Assembly (NCBI GenBank): GCA_046346765.1
Contig: JAXMHN010000006.1
Location: 88,799 to 152,798 of the forward strand
Length of the DNA: 64,000 nucleotides
Reading direction: 5' to 3'
From: Verrucomicrobiota bacterium
GTDB lineage: Bacteria > Verrucomicrobiota > Verrucomicrobiia > Limisphaerales > SIBE01
Below the pieces are notes generated by a model that worked only from the letters and a program-made list of their open reading frames with translations, had not been told where the DNA came from and searched no databases. The position numbers were made by a program, and so were the translations under genes. Shown here in pieces: positions 24,398 to 33,055 of this stretch (positions are counted from its first letter, which is position 1; every line of letters starts with the position of its first letter).

Positions 24398-26152
24398 ATG
24401 CTGCAGGTGCGTCATTATCGTGAGGCGTTGTTGATCCATCTATTGGTCCCGAGCGGCCCAATCCCAACCGTTTTCGATCCCGATGGGGTGTATCCGTATC
24501 CGAGTTACGTGGAGACAAGCCGTCGGCCGGTGTTGCGCGAGTTGCGTTTTGTGCAGATGGAAAACGACCACTTGCGGGTGACGATCTGTCCGGACCTGGG
24601 CGGCAAGGTCCACTCGATCCTTCACAAGGCGTCCGGGCAGGAAGTGCTGTTTGTGCCGGAATCGGTGCACCCGGTCCGAATTCTGCCGCGGATGGCGTTT
24701 GTTCCCGGCGGCCTGGAAGTGAGTTTCCCTATCTCCCACACGCCGGTTCAGCTCGAAGCCGTGCGCTGCCAGTCCGATCGGAATCAGGACCGTGTCTATG
24801 TTTGCTGCGGCGAGCGTGAATTGCATTCGGGCATGCAATGGACGGTGGAATACTCCCTGGGAGAAGCTGATCCATTCCTGACCCAGCGCACTTGTTTTCG
24901 CAATCCGACCGCCGAGCCGCATGGGTGGATGTCGTGGTCAAACGCCGCTGTCCCGGCGCGCGCCGATTCTGAGTTTCATTTTCCGAATGGGCCGGTGCTG
25001 GTCCATGGGCGCGAAATGGAGACCATCGACTGGGCCACGCGCGGACCGCGACGGTTGTCGGATGTGGGGCGAATGACCGGGTATTTTTGGCTGGCGCCCG
25101 ACCGGGCAGCTTGCGGTGTTTTTACGCCCAGCCTCGGAATGGGTCTGTATCACTATGCCGATCCGGGCCTGACTCCGGGAATGAAGCTGTGGACTTATGG
25201 GCTGGGGAAGCATGAGGCGTGGGGGCGGGCCGCCTCACTGAGCGGGCAGAGTTACATTGAATTGCAGGGCGGCCCGGTCCGCGATCAATCCGTGCGAAGC
25301 GTGCTTTGCCCCGGGGCAACGCATACTCACGTCGAATTTTGGCTTCCAAGTGTGACCCGTTTGGACGAAGGCAGCTTGCGGTCGGCCCCGGCTTTGCGGG
25401 CGGCGTCGGAAGTGCCCTGGTTCGACTGGCCGGAACGTCCTGGTGTGCGGTATTGGCTTTCGGTTATCGACGCCTTTGCGCAGGGGGCCTTGACCGAGGC
25501 GCCGCCGCCTCCGGGCCCAGGCCAGGACTTATGGCCGCCGCGAGTTCTGGAAGGTTTGGGCGACGCTCTCGGCTGGCTAGCCGCCACAACGAACGGAGAA
25601 ACCCAGGACGGATGGCGCTCTCAATTGGGTTGTTGGCTGGCCGCGGCCGGACAGATCGAAACGGCCCTTCGCGAATTGGACGGGTGCGACAACGATTGGG
25701 CTCGCGCCGTGGCAGCCCGACTCTATCTCCGCGCTACGAAGGAGGCTTCGCGGGCGGCGGAGGCACTGCGCGCGATTAGAAATCCCGCGTTCGCGATGCA
25801 TCCGCAGGTGGTGGTGGAACGCGATTGTGCCCTGGCGGCGCTGGGCCCAGCGACGCTGCGGGAACGAGAGCGCTGGTTGCAGCAAGGTTGGAACACGCCG
25901 GATGAGTGGGTTCGCGAACGGATGGCAGCGTTGCGTTTGGATCAAGGCCGGGCTGCCGAAGCGAAAGCTATTCTCGAAGGCACCTCCTTCCAACTGGTGC
26001 ACCAACGCTATGCGCGCACCGAGTTGTGGAGCCGGATCTGCCAGAGCCTGGGCTGCGACGAGCCGGTCCCGGACGGCTTTGGCGAGGACGACCTGGCCGC
26101 CTTTGGGGCCTATCGACAGACGAGTTTTTCCTTTTCTTTGGGCGACTTTTAG
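24398..26152 (+). CDS. hypothetical protein, DUF5107-like N-terminal beta domain with helical (TPR-like) C-terminal region
   Basis: 584-aa ORF. LRVTICPDLGGKVHSILHKASGQEVLF resembles mutarotase-like/DUF5107 N-termini. The C-terminal third is Ala/Leu/Arg-rich and helical. The family call is tentative. Confidence 0.45.
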   Translation: MLQVRHYREALLIHLLVPSGPIPTVFDPDGVYPYPSYVETSRRPVLRELRFVQMENDHLRVTICPDLGGKVHSILHKASGQEVLFVPESVHPVRILPRMAFVPGGLEVSFPISHTPVQLEAVRCQSDRNQDRVYVCCGERELHSGMQWTVEYSLGEADPFLTQRTCFRNPTAEPHGWMSWSNAAVPARADSEFHFPNGPVLVHGREMETIDWATRGPRRLSDVGRMTGYFWLAPDRAACGVFTPSLGMGLYHYADPGLTPGMKLWTYGLGKHEAWGRAASLSGQSYIELQGGPVRDQSVRSVLCPGATHTHVEFWLPSVTRLDEGSLRSAPALRAASEVPWFDWPERPGVRYWLSVIDAFAQGALTEAPPPPGPGQDLWPPRVLEGLGDALGWLAATTNGETQDGWRSQLGCWLAAAGQIETALRELDGCDNDWARAVAARLYLRATKEASRAAEALRAIRNPAFAMHPQVVVERDCALAALGPATLRERERWLQQGWNTPDEWVRERMAALRLDQGRAAEAKAILEGTSFQLVHQRYARTELWSRICQSLGCDEPVPDGFGEDDLAAFGAYRQTSFSFSLGDF

Positions 26153-26295
26153 GTCTTCTATTCCCCTGGTTCTGTTATCTGCCGCCGCCGTGATGTGGAA
26201 AATTGTTCTTCGCGCTCTTTGGAGCGGTTCAATTTGAAACCCAAATCTGGGAACGATCACCAGCTGGAGACTGAAACAGCACGAGAAAGCTCCCC

Positions 26296-26640
26296 ATGGG
26301 CACCAAGCTATTCGTCGGGAATCTATCCTTCGACGTCATTGAAAACGAGCTGCAGGATTTGTTCGCACAAGCAGGAGCCGTCACTTCTGTCGACATCATG
26401 CAAGACCGGACGACCGGACGCTCCCGAGGTTTCGGCTTCGTGGAGATGGGCTCTGACGCCGATGCCGCCAAGGCCATCACCATGTTTAACGGGAAAGACT
26501 TCAAAGGACGCGCTTTGACAGTCAATGAAGCCCGGCCGCGCGAAGAGCGAGGCGGTGGCGGCGGCGGTTATCGCGGCGGCGGCGGCGGCGGTTCGCGCGG
26601 CGGTGGCGGCGGCGGGTACCGTGGTGGCGGCCGTCGTTAA
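26296..26640 (+). CDS. RRM-domain RNA-binding protein with glycine/arginine-rich (RGG) tail
   Basis: RNP2 KLFVGNL and RNP1 RGFGFVEM motifs. The C-terminus is GGGGGGYRGGGGGGSRGGGGGGYRGGGRR. Confidence 0.95.
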   Translation: MGTKLFVGNLSFDVIENELQDLFAQAGAVTSVDIMQDRTTGRSRGFGFVEMGSDADAAKAITMFNGKDFKGRALTVNEARPREERGGGGGGYRGGGGGGSRGGGGGGYRGGGRR

Positions 26641-26737
26641 GACGGTCAGTCCAGGGTTCATGCCCGGATGGCGCTGCTTTGCGCCCCAGCGCGGCGCCTC
26701 CTGCGAGGCGCCCCTGGACGAAAGAATTGCCGGCCCA

Positions 26738-26774
26738 GGCGCCTGAGCGTTAATGGCTCAGGTGCCTTTTTTTT
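26738..26774 (+). terminator. rho-independent terminator downstream of the RRM gene
   Basis: 11-bp stem GGCGCCUGAGC/GCUCAGGUGCC (one G-U pair), 7-nt loop, then a T8 run at 26767-26774. Confidence 0.8.
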
Positions 26775-26930
26775 AAAGGCTCCCTCCTAGCCGGCGCCTC
26801 TCCTCTCGCCTTTTTGGGGCCGGTGCGATAAGGTCCGAGGACGCACACCAGTCCTCCCTATTTTGTGCTTAATCTTGCCTTAATGCGGGTAGGAGTAAGG
26901 TGCTAACATGACACGACCCACAACCAACCT

Positions 26931-29150
26931 ATGAAGCACGTGCCCAATCCATTCCTGATTGCTCCTCGTTCTCGTGCATCGCTGACCTGGTCGGTAGCAG
27001 CCCTTTGCGCGATCGCTGCCGTGGCGGCCGCGATCGTGGCGCAGGACGGACCTCCTGACGGCCCGCCCCCGGGGGATTTTGGAGGGCCGCCTGGACCAGG
27101 CGGGCCAGGGCAGGGCCGGCCGATGTTCTTTGGTGGTCCGATGCAAGAGGAGACGAAACTGGTCAAAGGCTTTGATAAGGACGGCGATGGGCGTCTTAAT
27201 GCCGCTGAAAGGAAGGCGGCGCGGGCCTCTCTCCAGAAGGAGCGGGCAAACGGGCGAGGGCGCCGCATGGGTGGACCTCCTGGTGGTCCCGGCGGAGGAT
27301 TGGGAGAGGTGGAGAATGCGAAGCCCGGTCCGAAAGTGTCGCCGGAGGAAGTGAAGATTTTTTCAGGGGCTGGATTGTATGACCCCATGGTGTTGCGCAC
27401 GTTCTTTCTGGAGTTCGAGGAGGCGGATTGGGAAAAGGAGCTGTCCGATTTTCACGATACCGATGTGGAGGTGCCGGCGAAACTGACGGTGGACGGCAAG
27501 GTATATCCCGATGTGGGGGTGCACTTTCGGGGCATGTCGTCTTACATGGCCGTGAGTGAGGGGCGGAAGCGTTCGTTGAATTTGAGCCTGGATTTCGCCC
27601 ACAAGGAGCAGAACGTCGGCGGCTATCGCACGCTGAACCTGCTCAATTCGCACGAGGATCCCAGTTTCCTGCGATCGGTTCTGTCTTATCAGATTGATCG
27701 TTCCTATATACCTGCTCCGAAAGCCAACCTGGCGCGAGTGGTCATCAACGGAGAGAGTTGGGGCATCTACGTCAACGTCCAGCAGTTCAACAAAGACTTT
27801 GTCAAAGACTGGTTCGGGACGACCAAAGGCGCGCGTTGGAAGGTGCGCGGCAGCCCGGGAGGTCAGGGGAGTCTCGCTTATCTGGGCGAGGACGCGGCGG
27901 CTTACAAGCGGATCTACACGATCAAAACGAAGGACGAACCCAAGCGCTGGGCCGATCTCATTCGCCTCTGTAAAGTCCTGAATCAAACTCCCCCCGAGCG
28001 GCTGGAAGAAGCCTTGGCGCCTTTGCTCGACATCGATGGCGCCCTCAAGTTCCTCGCGCTCGACAATGCTTTGATCAATAACGACGGGTATTGGATTCGG
28101 ACCAGTGACTATGCCCTTTATCAAGATGAAAAGGGCCGGTTCCATCTCATCCCGCAGGACTCCAATGAGACCTTCGCCCAACCCGGAGGTCCAGGCTTTG
28201 GCGGCGGGCCCGGTGGCCCGAGGTTTTTCGGACCGGGAATGTTCCTGGCGCCGGCGATCATGAGCCAGGCTGACAAGGACGCCGATCAAACCCTGAACAA
28301 AGCGGAATTCACCGCCCTGGCGGACACGTGGTTTGACAAACTCGATTCGGAGAAGGCCGGCAAGCTATCCCAGGAGCAGTTCAACGAAAGGTTTGGCGAG
28401 CTCCTGCCCGCTCAACCAGTCTTTCAGAGAGGCCGCGGCGGACCAGGCGGTGGCCCTGGCGCCGGCGGCGGTGGCGGCCGCAATTTCGGTCCCGCCCGAT
28501 TCGCAGCCCAAGGCATCTTTGCGGCTGCTGATAAGGATAAAGACGGCCAACTCTCCCGGAGCGAACTGCGGTCGACTTTGGAAAAGTGGTTTGAGCAGTG
28601 GGATGCGGATCATGCAGGTTCCATTGACGGCGAGAAGCTGCGAACGGGACTGGCAGCCGCTCTCCCTCCGCCCAACGCCCGTTTCGGAGGCGGCCCGCCG
28701 GGCGGGGGGCAGGCCGGACCTGGACCAGCTGGGCGGCCTGGCTTTGGTGGAGGTGGAGCGCCAGGAGGCGCCGTCCAGACGAAAGGCGTGGAACTGGACC
28801 CGTTGGTCGCGGCCAACGACGCGAGCAAACCGCTGATTTCCAAATTGCTGGCTGTTCCAGCGCTGCGCGCCCGCTACCTGCAATACGTTCGCGACATCGC
28901 GGAGAATTGGCTGGATTGGCAAAAGCTCGGGCCGATCGCGGAACAGTACCAGGCCTTGATTACCGAAGACGTTAAAAGCGATACGCGCAAGCTGGATTCA
29001 ACCGAAGCATTCCTCGCTTCCATTACTCAGGATGTGCCAGGTAACGGCTTCGGGCCCTTTGGCCGCGGCACGATTGGGCTGAAAAACTTCGCCGCCCAAC
29101 GGCAGAAGTACCTTTTGGAAAAGACGGAAGTGAAAGCGGCTCCGCGTTAG
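26931..29150 (+). CDS. secreted CotH-family (atypical kinase fold) protein fused to EF-hand calcium-binding loops and Gly/Pro-rich tracts
   Basis: Signal peptide. CotH-like core (LNLLNSHEDPSFLRSVLSYQIDRSYIPAPKANLARVVINGESWGIYVNVQQFNKDF). EF-hand loops DKDGDGRLNAAE, DKDADQTLNKAE, DKDKDGQLSRSE, DADHAGSIDGEK. Confidence 0.8.
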   Translation: MKHVPNPFLIAPRSRASLTWSVAALCAIAAVAAAIVAQDGPPDGPPPGDFGGPPGPGGPGQGRPMFFGGPMQEETKLVKGFDKDGDGRLNAAERKAARASLQKERANGRGRRMGGPPGGPGGGLGEVENAKPGPKVSPEEVKIFSGAGLYDPMVLRTFFLEFEEADWEKELSDFHDTDVEVPAKLTVDGKVYPDVGVHFRGMSSYMAVSEGRKRSLNLSLDFAHKEQNVGGYRTLNLLNSHEDPSFLRSVLSYQIDRSYIPAPKANLARVVINGESWGIYVNVQQFNKDFVKDWFGTTKGARWKVRGSPGGQGSLAYLGEDAAAYKRIYTIKTKDEPKRWADLIRLCKVLNQTPPERLEEALAPLLDIDGALKFLALDNALINNDGYWIRTSDYALYQDEKGRFHLIPQDSNETFAQPGGPGFGGGPGGPRFFGPGMFLAPAIMSQADKDADQTLNKAEFTALADTWFDKLDSEKAGKLSQEQFNERFGELLPAQPVFQRGRGGPGGGPGAGGGGGRNFGPARFAAQGIFAAADKDKDGQLSRSELRSTLEKWFEQWDADHAGSIDGEKLRTGLAAALPPPNARFGGGPPGGGQAGPGPAGRPGFGGGGAPGGAVQTKGVELDPLVAANDASKPLISKLLAVPALRARYLQYVRDIAENWLDWQKLGPIAEQYQALITEDVKSDTRKLDSTEAFLASITQDVPGNGFGPFGRGTIGLKNFAAQRQKYLLEKTEVKAAPR

Positions 29151-29191
29151 TTCGTTAGTGCGGCGGCCTCAGCTTGGGCTGGACTCATCGG

Positions 29192-29237
29192 AACTCTTCC
29201 GTTGGCACGAACCGTGTCGACGGAAGAGTTTCTTTTT
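29192..29237 (+). terminator. rho-independent terminator after the CotH-EF-hand gene
   Basis: Perfect 11-bp stem AACTCTTCCGT/ACGGAAGAGTT with a 17-nt loop, followed by TCTTTTT. A second perfect 10-bp hairpin (GTCTGGCCGC/GCGGCCAGAC) lies at 29244-29269. Confidence 0.7.
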
Positions 29238-29304
29238 GCGGGAGTCTGGCCGCAAGGACGCGGCCAGACCTGCACACCTTTTCAGGCAGCTGGAATCGGG
29301 CTAA

Positions 29305-29994
29305 TTAATGAGAGCCGCGAATGACGTCATCGTTTTCCTCAGCAGCGGCTCGCCTGACGGCGTTGATTTCAGCGCGCGTGACGCTGCCATCATCGTTGAC
29401 GTCGTAGAGGTCGAGGAACGATTGAATCTCGGCGTCGACTACCTGCTTGCTCGCTGCCAGGCTCTCCTCCGAGGAGATAGCGCCGTCTTTGTTCGTGTCA
29501 TACTTGGCCAGGAAGGCCGCGTGCAAACGGTTGGTCAATGACGTGACGGCACTGGCCAATTCCCCCGCGGAAAGGGCGCCGTCGTTGTCCTGATCGTAGG
29601 CGTCCAGAAGGATGAAACCTTCCAAGCCACGGACGGCGTCGTGCAACTCCTCGCTGCTGAGGGCGTGATCATCGTTGCGGTCCGCTTCCAACAGACCCTC
29701 GAGCCATTGGTTGGCGGCGGCTTGATGCACCGCCGTGGATTCAACTGAACTGATGGTTCCGTCGGTGTTGGTGTCATAGCGCTTCAGAAGTTGCGCCTGG
29801 AGTTTTCCGGCAAGCGACTGGCTTGCGGCGGTCAGTTCGGCACTCGACACCGTTCCGTCACGATTGGTGTCATAGCGCATGAATGAGGCGAGGGTTTCGC
29901 CATGGCCTCCGCCCGGTCCCGGTCCAGCCAGGGTAACTCCGATTGAGCAAACGGTTGCCGTTGCGATCGTAATAGTGACTAGATGTTTGTTCAT
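29305..29994 (-). CDS. secreted protein with six EF-hand-like calcium-binding loops
   Basis: Start at ATG 29994 (MNKHLVTITIATATVCSIGVTLA signal peptide). Loops: YDTNRDGTVSSAE, YDTNTDGTISSVE, ADRNDDHALSSEE, YDQDNDGALSAGE, YDTNKDGAISSEE, YDVNDDGSVTRAE. The N-terminal 117 codons of the track ORF are the translated octamer repeat. Confidence 0.8.
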   Translation of the reverse strand: MNKHLVTITIATATVCSIGVTLAGPGPGGGHGETLASFMRYDTNRDGTVSSAELTAASQSLAGKLQAQLLKRYDTNTDGTISSVESTAVHQAAANQWLEGLLEADRNDDHALSSEELHDAVRGLEGFILLDAYDQDNDGALSAGELASAVTSLTNRLHAAFLAKYDTNKDGAISSEESLAASKQVVDAEIQSFLDLYDVNDDGSVTRAEINAVRRAAAEENDDVIRGSH

Positions 29995-30078
29995 AACACT
30001 GCAAAGCAGTTGACGGCGCCCTGACTCCTGCGCCGACAAGCTGCGGTGGATTTCTTTGTTGAGCCAGGCCAGAACGAG

Positions 30079-30354
30079 CCAAGAACCCAAGGAACCAAGA
30101 ACCCAAGGAACCAAGGAACCAAGGAACCAAGGAGCCAAGAACCCAAGGAACCAAGAACCAAGGAACCAAGGAGCCAAGAACCCAAGGAACCAAGGAACCA
30201 AGGAACCAAGGAGCCAAGAACCCAAGGAACCAAGAACCCAAGGAACCAAGAACCCAAGAACCCAAGAACCCAAGAACCCAAGGAACCAAGGACCCAAGGA
30301 GCCAAAGGACCAAGGAACCAAGGAACCAAGGAACCAAGGAACCAAGGAACCAAG
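30079..30354. repeat. about 34.5 tandem copies of an 8-nt unit (CCAAGGAA and variants), noncoding
   Basis: Hand segmentation: 17x CCAAGGAA, 10x CCAAGAAC, 4x CCAAGGAG, one each of CCAAGGAC, CCAAAGGA and the 7-nt CCAAGAA, plus a terminal CCAAG. The + strand has no T from 30061 to 30357. Confidence 0.95.
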
Positions 30355-30583
30355 CCATTCCTTTATGGCGCTGGAGAGCTCCGGCGGATCGGAGACACGT
30401 CATGGCGAAAAGCGGTCCTCCCTAGACAATGACTGAGACGGCTACAGCCGCGAGCTTCCTCACCGCGCCCGGACGCGCGTGCGCGTCTCGTGTGCGGCCT
30501 CAGCCAATCGTCCGGTCGGGAACTGCCCATCACGGCCGATTTGAATGCAGACTCACTGCCAGAACGGGCAGGCCCATGCCGTG

Positions 30584-31297
30584 TTAGTACGACAGTTTCA
30601 GCCCGTGGCCATCCGGAGCAGAGGCAAGTTTCAAACGAAGCCCAAATTCAATCAGGCCGGCCATCGTCCGAATCCCCAGTTTTCGCATCATCCGATAGCG
30701 GTAAGTCTCGACCGATCGCAACCTCAAGCCAAGTTGGCCGGCAATGGATCTGCTCGTGTGACCGCTGGCCACCAGACGCAAGACGTCCTGCTCGCGCGCA
30801 TTGAGGATTTTGTTGAACGCACCCGGGTCCGCGCGCAGGACAGCTTGGGTGCGAGCCCAAACGGCCGTGAAGTAATCCCGGCCTGACGCAACCTCCACCA
30901 CGGCTTCCTCGACAATCTCGAGTGGCTGATCCTTCTCGACGAAGCCGTGCACGCGAAGTTCCTTCAGCCGCTGGAGCGTGAGCGGATCTGCACTCTGCGA
31001 GAGCACCAGGATGCGCAACGTCGGCAGATGCTTGCCCAGCTGCGCCAGCGCCTGGAGCGCGTCTCCCCGAGGCAGGCAAACGTCCGCGATCAGCAGATCG
31101 GGGCGGGAGCGCAGACAAATATCCCGGGCTTGGGCAGCGTCATCCAGGTCCGCTGTCAGCTGAAAGCGACCGTCAGCTTCAAGCGCTTTCGCGAGCAGGC
31201 CGCGCAAGAGTGGCTGCCCTTCGAGCAGGACCGTCCGCCATGGGGGCGTCGACGCTGCGGACCTCCTCGGCGGAGTCAAGGGAGGGGCCGAGTTCAT
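30584..31297 (-). CDS. NarL/LuxR-family response regulator (receiver + HTH), atypical acidic pocket, no cognate kinase nearby
   Basis: Start at ATG 31297 (MNSAPPL...). The receiver has phospho-acceptor LLIADVCLP, Ser (ILVLSQS) and Lys (GFVEKD), but EG replaces the usual N-terminal DD (VLLEGQPLL). The C-terminal LuxR HTH is LNAREQDVLRLVASGHTSRSIAGQLGLRLRSVETYRYRMMRKLG. Confidence 0.85.
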   Translation of the reverse strand: MNSAPPLTPPRRSAASTPPWRTVLLEGQPLLRGLLAKALEADGRFQLTADLDDAAQARDICLRSRPDLLIADVCLPRGDALQALAQLGKHLPTLRILVLSQSADPLTLQRLKELRVHGFVEKDQPLEIVEEAVVEVASGRDYFTAVWARTQAVLRADPGAFNKILNAREQDVLRLVASGHTSRSIAGQLGLRLRSVETYRYRMMRKLGIRTMAGLIEFGLRLKLASAPDGHGLKLSY

Positions 31298-31317
31298 GCG
31301 TGATGCGGACAGCGGCG

Positions 31318-32418
31318 TCAGGGCAGTCGCGGCCCTCCTCCGCCGGCGCCCGCTCCGGGCGTTCCAGTGTCGGCGCCGGGAACCCGGAAGGAGACATAAT
31401 AAAAGCCTTTCTGCGCCTTTTCCTCGACGAACAGGTCCAAGTCCCCTTCGCTCGTCGCGGTGTAGATGTTGCGGTCGATGGCTGCCGCGGCGGAGAGGGC
31501 AAAGGGCAGGGCTGCCCAAGTGAGTTCGCCTAACGTCGGGTTGCTGTAGACTTCGTAACTGTAGCCAGCATAGGCCGGGATGCGTAAGCGAAATCGGGGA
31601 CTGCTGCTGGTCGGCCCGGCCACAGGCGTGCCCGCCACCAGCAAGCTGCCGCCAGGGTAAGTCGGCTCTACCGGCGTCACGCCCCGCACAATGTCCCAGG
31701 TGGTCTCCTCTTCGCCCAGAGTGGATCCGTTCACCGGAACGAAATCCTTCACGACCGAAGCGCGCTGCGCTGGATCGGAGATGCCGTTTAAGACCGAGTC
31801 ATTGGCGTTGGTTGTTCCCCAGGTGCTCCCGTTGGCCGCGGTCGCCACTTCGTTCCAATAGAGTTGGGTGGTGAATCGAGTCAATTCGCCGGGAAGCGTC
31901 ACGCCGAAGTGAGCGTGGCGGGTGCGACCTTGATACAATCCCGCCTTGATCGTGCGGAAGAGGTATTGCCCTGTCGACCCGGTCAAGAACTGGCCGAAGC
32001 CGGCGAAGTTCGGGTCGGCCGCGGGATTGCGTTGCGCCGTGGTGGAATAAATATACTCGCCGCTATCATCCGCATGCCATAGCTCGACGAGGGCGCCACG
32101 GACCGGGTTCCCTTCGCTATCAAGGACGCGGCCTGAGATGTAGGTGATGGTGCCCGTGGCCGGAGTGAGACTGTCGTTCAAGTAAAGGAGGTCATTATCC
32201 TTATCCAAAGGAATATTGTTGTAGGGCGAGACGCTCGGATAGTAAGGCCCCTGGGTTTGCTCGGGCGTTAAGGTCAAGGCTTCGGCCAAAGCGCCGCGAA
32301 CGGTAAACCCAGCGGTCGCCAAGGCCATGCTCTGAAAGAAGCGACGGCGATTGACCGGGATGTGGAATCGTTGTGGTAACCTATGAACTGGTTGCATGCC
32401 ACACCCTACGCGGTCCAC
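31318..32418 (-). CDS. Tat-signal intradiol-dioxygenase-like (protocatechuate dioxygenase beta-subunit-like) secreted protein with C-terminal beta module
   Basis: Twin-arginine motif NRRRFFQSMALATAGF. TPEQTQGPYYP, GRVLDSEGNPVRGALVELWHADDSGEYIY and RTRHAHFGV are typical of the intradiol dioxygenase fold. The start may be the internal M at 32397. Confidence 0.7.
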   Translation of the reverse strand: MDRVGCGMQPVHRLPQRFHIPVNRRRFFQSMALATAGFTVRGALAEALTLTPEQTQGPYYPSVSPYNNIPLDKDNDLLYLNDSLTPATGTITYISGRVLDSEGNPVRGALVELWHADDSGEYIYSTTAQRNPAADPNFAGFGQFLTGSTGQYLFRTIKAGLYQGRTRHAHFGVTLPGELTRFTTQLYWNEVATAANGSTWGTTNANDSVLNGISDPAQRASVVKDFVPVNGSTLGEEETTWDIVRGVTPVEPTYPGGSLLVAGTPVAGPTSSSPRFRLRIPAYAGYSYEVYSNPTLGELTWAALPFALSAAAAIDRNIYTATSEGDLDLFVEEKAQKGFYYVSFRVPGADTGTPGAGAGGGGPRLP

Positions 32419-32524
32419 CCTTAAGCCAGGATGAAGAGGAACGCTTTTTTGGCGAAAAATGGCGCCGCGCCGTCGAACTCACCGAAGGCACCCCTGTCGC
32501 GCCCGGCCAGGAACCGCGCGGAAG

Positions 32525-33055
32525 TCACATTGGGATCAGCCCGCTCCTGGCAATGAAGTAGAGACCCGCGTAGACCTTTGGCTCGATCAGCGCTCCGCCC
32601 GCGGCTTGCCCTTGCAGCCATTCGTGCACCTCTTGCAAGGCAATTTCATGGACGGTTATTTGTTCGTGGGCCACACCACCCCCGTCGCTCACGCGCCGGA
32701 GACCAGATGCCAGGAACAAAGTCACCACTTCCGAGGTCAGTCCGCTCGACGCCGGGCCGGTGGTTAGAGGCGTCATCTCGGCAGCAGCAAAGCCTGTTTC
32801 CTCGAGCAGTTCGCGGCGAGCGGCGTCAGCGTGAGCTTCCTCGGCCTGGCCGGGCTCGTCTCCGATAATCCCCGCGGGTAACTCGATCGTGCGCGCGTGG
32901 ACCGGAATTCGATATTGCTCGACCAACAACAGTTTCCTCTCCGCCGTCACCGCGACGATGATGGCGGCGCCCGTGGCGTTGAGGCGATCGGCGTACTCCC
33001 AATGACCTTCCTGGACCAGAGAAAGGAACTTGCCCGCGCAGAGTTGGGTCTTCAT
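32525..33055 (-). CDS. NUDIX hydrolase (ADP-ribose pyrophosphatase-like)
   Basis: Start at ATG 33055 (MKTQLCAGKF). Nudix box GIIGDEPGQAEEAHADAARRELLEETGF. The longer track ORF N-terminus is Arg/Pro-rich and overlaps pncA. Confidence 0.85.
   Translation of the reverse strand: MKTQLCAGKFLSLVQEGHWEYADRLNATGAAIIVAVTAERKLLLVEQYRIPVHARTIELPAGIIGDEPGQAEEAHADAARRELLEETGFAAAEMTPLTTGPASSGLTSEVVTLFLASGLRRVSDGGGVAHEQITVHEIALQEVHEWLQGQAAGGALIEPKVYAGLYFIARSGLIPM

Noticed and set aside
23649-24518. Long N-terminal extensions of track ORFs: 23649..24518, 30584..31519, 32525..33289, 33052..33852, 35178..36878, 49284..49874, 61398..63962, 20196..22112, 6976..8271, 50901..53516.
   Set aside because: The extensions are Arg/Pro/Ser-rich, overlap neighbouring genes or intergenic repeats, and precede an internal start that immediately gives a signal peptide or the conserved family N-terminus. 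Shorter coordinates were used.
29870-30436. Five overlapping ORFs encoding PWFLGSLV or KEPRNQGT repeats (29870..30403, 29991..30353, 30046..30432, 30056..30436, and the 5' extension of 29305..30345).
   Set aside because: They are a by-product of an 8-nt tandem repeat, which is open in all frames because 8 is coprime to 3. The EF-hand gene has its own Met and signal peptide at 29994. There is no evidence for coding selection.
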